This document shows positions 60,601 through 64,000 of a stretch of DNA of 64,000 nt, one piece after another; positions within the stretch are counted from its first letter, which is position 1, and each line of letters begins with the position of its first letter. A program made the translations under genes and the position numbers. This DNA is from Kiritimatiellia bacterium. GTDB taxonomy: Bacteria > Verrucomicrobiota > Kiritimatiellia > RFP12 > JBMNHG01. Location: positions 824,654 through 888,653 of the forward strand of contig JBMNHG010000002.1 of assembly GCA_050950285.1 (NCBI GenBank), written 5' to 3'. Under the pieces are notes generated by a model. It had not been told where the DNA came from and did no database searches. It saw only the letters and a program-made list of their open reading frames with translations.

Positions 60601-61182
60601 ATGGACGCCGAAGGGCTCGCCGCCACCAGCGGCGTGGCCGTGACCGTACAGCCGACGCCGTCCTCGATCGGGGTGGCACCCGCCGCGGCCGAGGTGGAAA
60701 GCGATCGGCAGCAGTTGTTCGCGGCCGAGGCCCGCGACCAGTTCGGCGGGCTCCTCGTGCCGCAGCCTGCGTTCGCATGGAGCGTGGAGGGCGGGGGTTC
60801 GATTGACACCAACGGGCTCTTCACGGCCAACACGGCGACCGGCGGTCCCTACACGGTGACGGCCTCCGCGCTGGGCCTGCAAGGCCATGCGAGTGTCACC
60901 GTGGTGGCCCCGCCGCCCGTCTACTGGGCGCTGGGCGTCGAGGCTTCGCCGTCCGAAGGCGGCACGGCGAGCGGCAGCGGGATCTATCTCGAAGGCACCC
61001 GCGCGCCCCTCGCGGCTGCGCCGGCGGAGGGATGGCTCTTCCGCTACTGGAGCGGCAGCGGCATCGCCGACACCAACGCGGCGACGACCACGGTGCTGAT
61101 GGACGCGGACAAGCTCGCGACGGCTCATTTCGAGCCCATCCCGCCGCCACCGTCCAATGCCACGATCCTCATGCTGAAGTAG
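57673..61182 (+). CDS. Secreted S8 subtilase with C-terminal IPT/Ig-like, jelly-roll, PKD-like and InlB-B-like domains
   Basis: Signal peptide; IWDGG, HATHVGGT, WAAGND, GPTDDGRIKPD, SGTSMATP; beta-rich repeats. Confidence 0.92.
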   Translation: MIIRFYRLRSLFHGALLAGCAALLLPAAGSRAAPSDEAALWRRAGDVRGQERRGAVVRELREAGRAHRRRAAARARLLKLPLREELPDGRVREIIGWEGRRPLYYTTLNANAAISTGANLLRAEPYLADGAGWTVGIWDGGSVRTTHRELTGRVTSMDGASPDYHATHVGGTIAATGVTATARGMAIAAHIDSYDWNDDSSEMSSRGASYGGEPGKIALSNHSYGYISGWDRTGSPSPAWIWYGSGTTAAGFEEEFGKYNSYVRNIDSRAYSLPYYLIFWAAGNDRSDNPSAGAKVALDPNDPYTVVAYDPAQHPGGDGAYRGGYENIAFEALGKNVVSIGAVKDAVTGGARDPAKAAMTTFSCWGPTDDGRIKPDLVANGYSLYSSTSSGDAAYATMSGTSMATPNATGTALLLLDLHGRLFPGQYLRASTLKGLLIHTADDLGTPGPDYGNGWGLINGLAAADLLAAMQADPAVPRMIEQQLTTLVTTRSHPFTWDGVSPIRVTLCWTDPAGVATTAADSRTPRLVNNLDLRVTGPSGSVHLPWVMPFVGTWTPESMSEPATTGTNDTDNVEQVYIADPPVPGEYQAVVSFSGLLSNSPQHYSLLVSGATRSPPDPQTLSPDCAETGGQSELAITGEDFAEGATAVFYRDGQPEVAATVSNVTPTAIACTLDTTAMVPGAWSLRVTNPDGKTGTLAGALAVVATLHGQSFDAGAPGWSATRTTGTGSPGWILTTAQSHSPSNAYFCPGPAQRVTDNLISEPFALSATAQRLRLHFWHTYDMETCDGGLLEVSPDDGATWYEIGAAGSGASFVQGGYTTTIARRFFTSNRYAELYGKPAWTGSGGSQFAEVVVALDTAVYGGATLRARWRLSTDNSTASPGWHVDSVRIAGYDTANAAPIIVAQAAADPTNVTGTATSLSVSAIDDGGSAALAYTWSADAPPEHPVAFAANGTNTARQTTATFSAPGSYPFLVTVMDAEGLAATSGVAVTVQPTPSSIGVAPAAAEVESDRQQLFAAEARDQFGGLLVPQPAFAWSVEGGGSIDTNGLFTANTATGGPYTVTASALGLQGHASVTVVAPPPVYWALGVEASPSEGGTASGSGIYLEGTRAPLAAAPAEGWLFRYWSGSGIADTNAATTTVLMDADKLATAHFEPIPPPPSNATILMLK

Positions 61183-61290
61183 GGGAGACCGCCGGGGCGG
61201 CGGGGTGGACGCGAATGCGGGAAATCCGACGGCAATCCACCCAAGCGGAGCCTTGTGCCCACGCGGACGGAATGGTACATTGGCGCACGA

Positions 61291-62949
61291 ATGACTGGAC
61301 TCTTACAGATTGCCGGCGGGTTGGCCCTCTTCATGTTTGGCATCCGGCTGCTCAGCTCCGGCATGGAGAAACTGGCAGGCGAAAACATCCAGCGCTGGCT
61401 GGGCAAGGTCGTCGATGGCCGCTTTCGGAGCGCCGTCTTCGGCACCGTGGCCACCGCCTTCCTGCAGAGCAGCGGCCTGCTGATGGTGACGATGATCGGC
61501 CTGATCAACGCCAACCTGATGACGGTGCAGCAGTCCATCGGCATCATGCTGGGGCAGGAGATCGGAACCACCGTCACGGCGCAGATCGTGGTCTTCGACA
61601 TCGGCGCCTTCCGCCTGCTGCTGGTGATTTTCGGCTTTGCCTTCCTGGAGTACTTCGACAACCGCGACTGGAAAAAGTACGGCGAGATCATGATGGGCCT
61701 GGGCCTGATCTTCGTAGGCATGACCTACATGAAGAACTCCCTGGACGACCTCCTGAAGATTCCGTATTTCAAGGAGCTGCTCGTCACGATGGGACAGCGC
61801 CCGCTGATCGGAATCCTGGCCGGCATCGTCGTCACCGCCGTAACCCAGAGCAGCACCGCGGTCACCAGCATGGCCGTGGCGATGGGCATGAACGACGCCA
61901 TCACGCTGCAAGGCGCGATCGGCATCATCCTCGGCGCCAACATCGGCTCGTGCATCACCGGCCTGGTCGCCTCCTTCGGCCAGTCCGACACGGCCCGCCA
62001 GGCCTCGATCGCGCAGATCCTGATCAACGTCTTCGGCGTGCTCCTCTTCATGCCCTTCATCGGACAGTACAGCAACCTGGTCGCCGCGACCGCAGACAAC
62101 CTCCCGCGCCAGATCGCCAATGCGCACACCATCTTCAACGTGGCGGTCAGCCTCGTGCTGATGCCCTTCATACGCCAGATTGCCATCGTCTCGGAGTGGC
62201 TGACGCCCAAGTCGCGCAAGGAAGAGAAGCCCAAGGCCGCGATCTACATCGACGAAAACCAGTTCAGCGTGCCCTCGGTGGCCCTCCGCGAAGCCGCGCG
62301 CGAGCTGGTCCGGGTAGGACACATCACGGCCGAGATGGTCTTGGACGCGGGCCGTGCGCTGATCGACCTGGATCCGGAGCGGATCCGGCACGTCATCTCG
62401 CGCGAGGAGGAACAGGTCGACCGGATCGACAAGGAACTGACGCGATTCATCAACCAGCTGATGAACCGCGATCTGGCCCGTGCGCAGCAGCAGCGCTGCT
62501 TCCAGATCAAGAGCCTGCTGGTCGACATCGAACGCATCGGCGACATGGCCGAGGATATCGCGGGCTTCGCCCAGGAGCGGATCGACAACAACGTCCCCTT
62601 CACGCCGGCGGCCGTCGCGGACCTACAGATGTTGTGCCGGCATGCGCACGAGACCTATGTGCTGGCCATCGAGTGCTTCGCGGAGTCCGACGCCGAAAAG
62701 GCCCAGCACGTCTGCCAGCTCGAGAGCGAGTTCGACCGGCTCTACGAACGCACCCGGCAGGCCCACATCCGCCGTCTGGAAGCCGGCGGTTGCCAGGCGC
62801 AGGCGGACGTGATCTTCACCGAAGCCCTGCGAATCCTGGAACGCATCAGCGACCATGCCGACAACCTGGCCGTCAGCGTATCCCGGGCTCATGCAGAGCG
62901 GCAGGCGGACAAGTTCTCCATCCGCCGCCGGACTCCGGCCCCGGCGTGA
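61291..62949 (+). CDS. Na+/phosphate cotransporter with PhoU-like C-terminal domains
   Basis: GGL.LF.FG, two QSS repeats, GANIG, RQIANAHT.FN, DIERIGD, LERISDHA.N. Confidence 0.92.
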   Translation: MTGLLQIAGGLALFMFGIRLLSSGMEKLAGENIQRWLGKVVDGRFRSAVFGTVATAFLQSSGLLMVTMIGLINANLMTVQQSIGIMLGQEIGTTVTAQIVVFDIGAFRLLLVIFGFAFLEYFDNRDWKKYGEIMMGLGLIFVGMTYMKNSLDDLLKIPYFKELLVTMGQRPLIGILAGIVVTAVTQSSTAVTSMAVAMGMNDAITLQGAIGIILGANIGSCITGLVASFGQSDTARQASIAQILINVFGVLLFMPFIGQYSNLVAATADNLPRQIANAHTIFNVAVSLVLMPFIRQIAIVSEWLTPKSRKEEKPKAAIYIDENQFSVPSVALREAARELVRVGHITAEMVLDAGRALIDLDPERIRHVISREEEQVDRIDKELTRFINQLMNRDLARAQQQRCFQIKSLLVDIERIGDMAEDIAGFAQERIDNNVPFTPAAVADLQMLCRHAHETYVLAIECFAESDAEKAQHVCQLESEFDRLYERTRQAHIRRLEAGGCQAQADVIFTEALRILERISDHADNLAVSVSRAHAERQADKFSIRRRTPAPA

Positions 62950-63145
62950 CCGGCGCCAAAGCAGTCCGCAGCCTACCGGGTTACGGAGCCGGTACCCCAT
63001 CCTTCCCGCCCAGGTCATCCACCAGCGTCATCTTCTGGATTCGCCTTCGCTCCATTTCCTGATCATCCGGCTCGTTGATCCCAACACCCGCGGTTTCTGT
63101 AACGAGGCCATTCGTCTCCACCAAACTGCCGTTCATCATGGTTAC

Positions 63146-63694
63146 TCACCAATCGGCACAACCATCCCATTCCCCGCTCCCGCTGTGATAGCTCGATACG
63201 CCACTGCAGAGAGGAAAGCGCGGGGAATCGCACCAGCCAAACGCGTAGCCATTCGTCCGCTTGACGTAGAAAGAGCCATCCCTGAGGTAAACGGACAGCG
63301 AGCGGCGATCTTCCGGAAGCATGGATTCAATCCCGTCCGGATAGTCGCCGTGTTCCCTCTTGTAGGCGTCGAGCTTGGGAATGAGCGCCTCGCAAAACTC
63401 CCTGGCCATGCGGTTCTGCTCGCGCTTCAAATGGCCTGCCCGCGACACCCCGAGCAGACTGGCCAGAAGAAACAGGCTGACACCCGTACAGATACCGGGC
63501 AACAGGCGCCATCTCCCGCAAGAGACCGCGAGCGACACTGCCGCGACGAGGAGAAGCGGCCCCGAAAGATACCGCGCCCCATACAGGGCCATTTCACCAT
63601 ACGGCATCACGCCGACCGCGAGCGACGGGCCGATCACGGCCCACACTCCACCGGCAACCAGCCCCACGATAACTGGCACTACAAGCCGCTTCAT
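63146..63694 (-). CDS. Hypothetical membrane protein
   Basis: 182-aa ORF with GGAG SD, three hydrophobic segments, then L..YK.EHG.YP..; somewhat lower GC. Confidence 0.65.
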   Translation of the reverse strand: MKRLVVPVIVGLVAGGVWAVIGPSLAVGVMPYGEMALYGARYLSGPLLLVAAVSLAVSCGRWRLLPGICTGVSLFLLASLLGVSRAGHLKREQNRMAREFCEALIPKLDAYKREHGDYPDGIESMLPEDRRSLSVYLRDGSFYVKRTNGYAFGWCDSPRFPLCSGVSSYHSGSGEWDGCADW

Positions 63695-64000
63695 TTCACT
63701 GGCACTCCATAAGCGATGCCGGAACCACCCGGCATGTTGTCACCTGGCAACCATTCTACTATGCAAGGACACGCGTTGCAAGCAACCGGCCAGCGACAGC
63801 GGCAGGCCGTGTCGGTCGAATCGTCCTCGTCCTCGAATTAATCGAGATGATCGAATCTGTCGAATCACTCGATTCTATCGATTCCATCGAAGCCCCATTC
63901 GAATCCCGCTCCCTCCGCCATAAATTCCGGGAATTGCGCAAGTATTGACCAGCATGCTCAAATAGGATACAACATGCGGCGGCAAAGTTGAGGAGTTTGT

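Overview
High-GC bacterial window. Gene content and repeat style suggest an anaerobic PVC-superphylum organism (Kiritimatiellae/Lentisphaerae-like; inference only). Left to right: the 3' end of a SNF2 helicase, a GntR/LacI-type regulator and tRNA-Gly(CCC); gspF/gspD, a 1426-aa DUF2723/TMEM260-like membrane glycosyltransferase and a YghZ aldo-keto reductase. Next is a six-gene Hyf-like complex whose large subunit lacks both Ni-binding CxxC motifs (Ehr type), preceded by a structured leader with competing terminator/antiterminator helices. A three-gene restriction-like module follows, then a sigma54/PAS-regulated Orange-protein (Orp)-type cluster with fused twin Fe-S ATPases, interrupted by a REP-bounded insert (deleted IS4 element, AKR, Zn-dehydrogenase). 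Then come a peroxiredoxin/MBL-rhodanese/SulP operon, addBA, a type I RM locus, a nucleotidyltransferase, a sialidase-like protein, a phosphatase, an S8 protease and a Na/Pi symporter. The most unusual structure is inside the type I RM locus. A RAYT (HUH/Y1) gene sits between hsdS and hsdR, embedded in REP arrays whose periods are all multiples of three. The array reads as an in-frame tail of a frameshifted HsdS, and a repeated REP spacer supplies the SD and ATGA stop/start. All product calls come from motifs read by eye; no database search was run.
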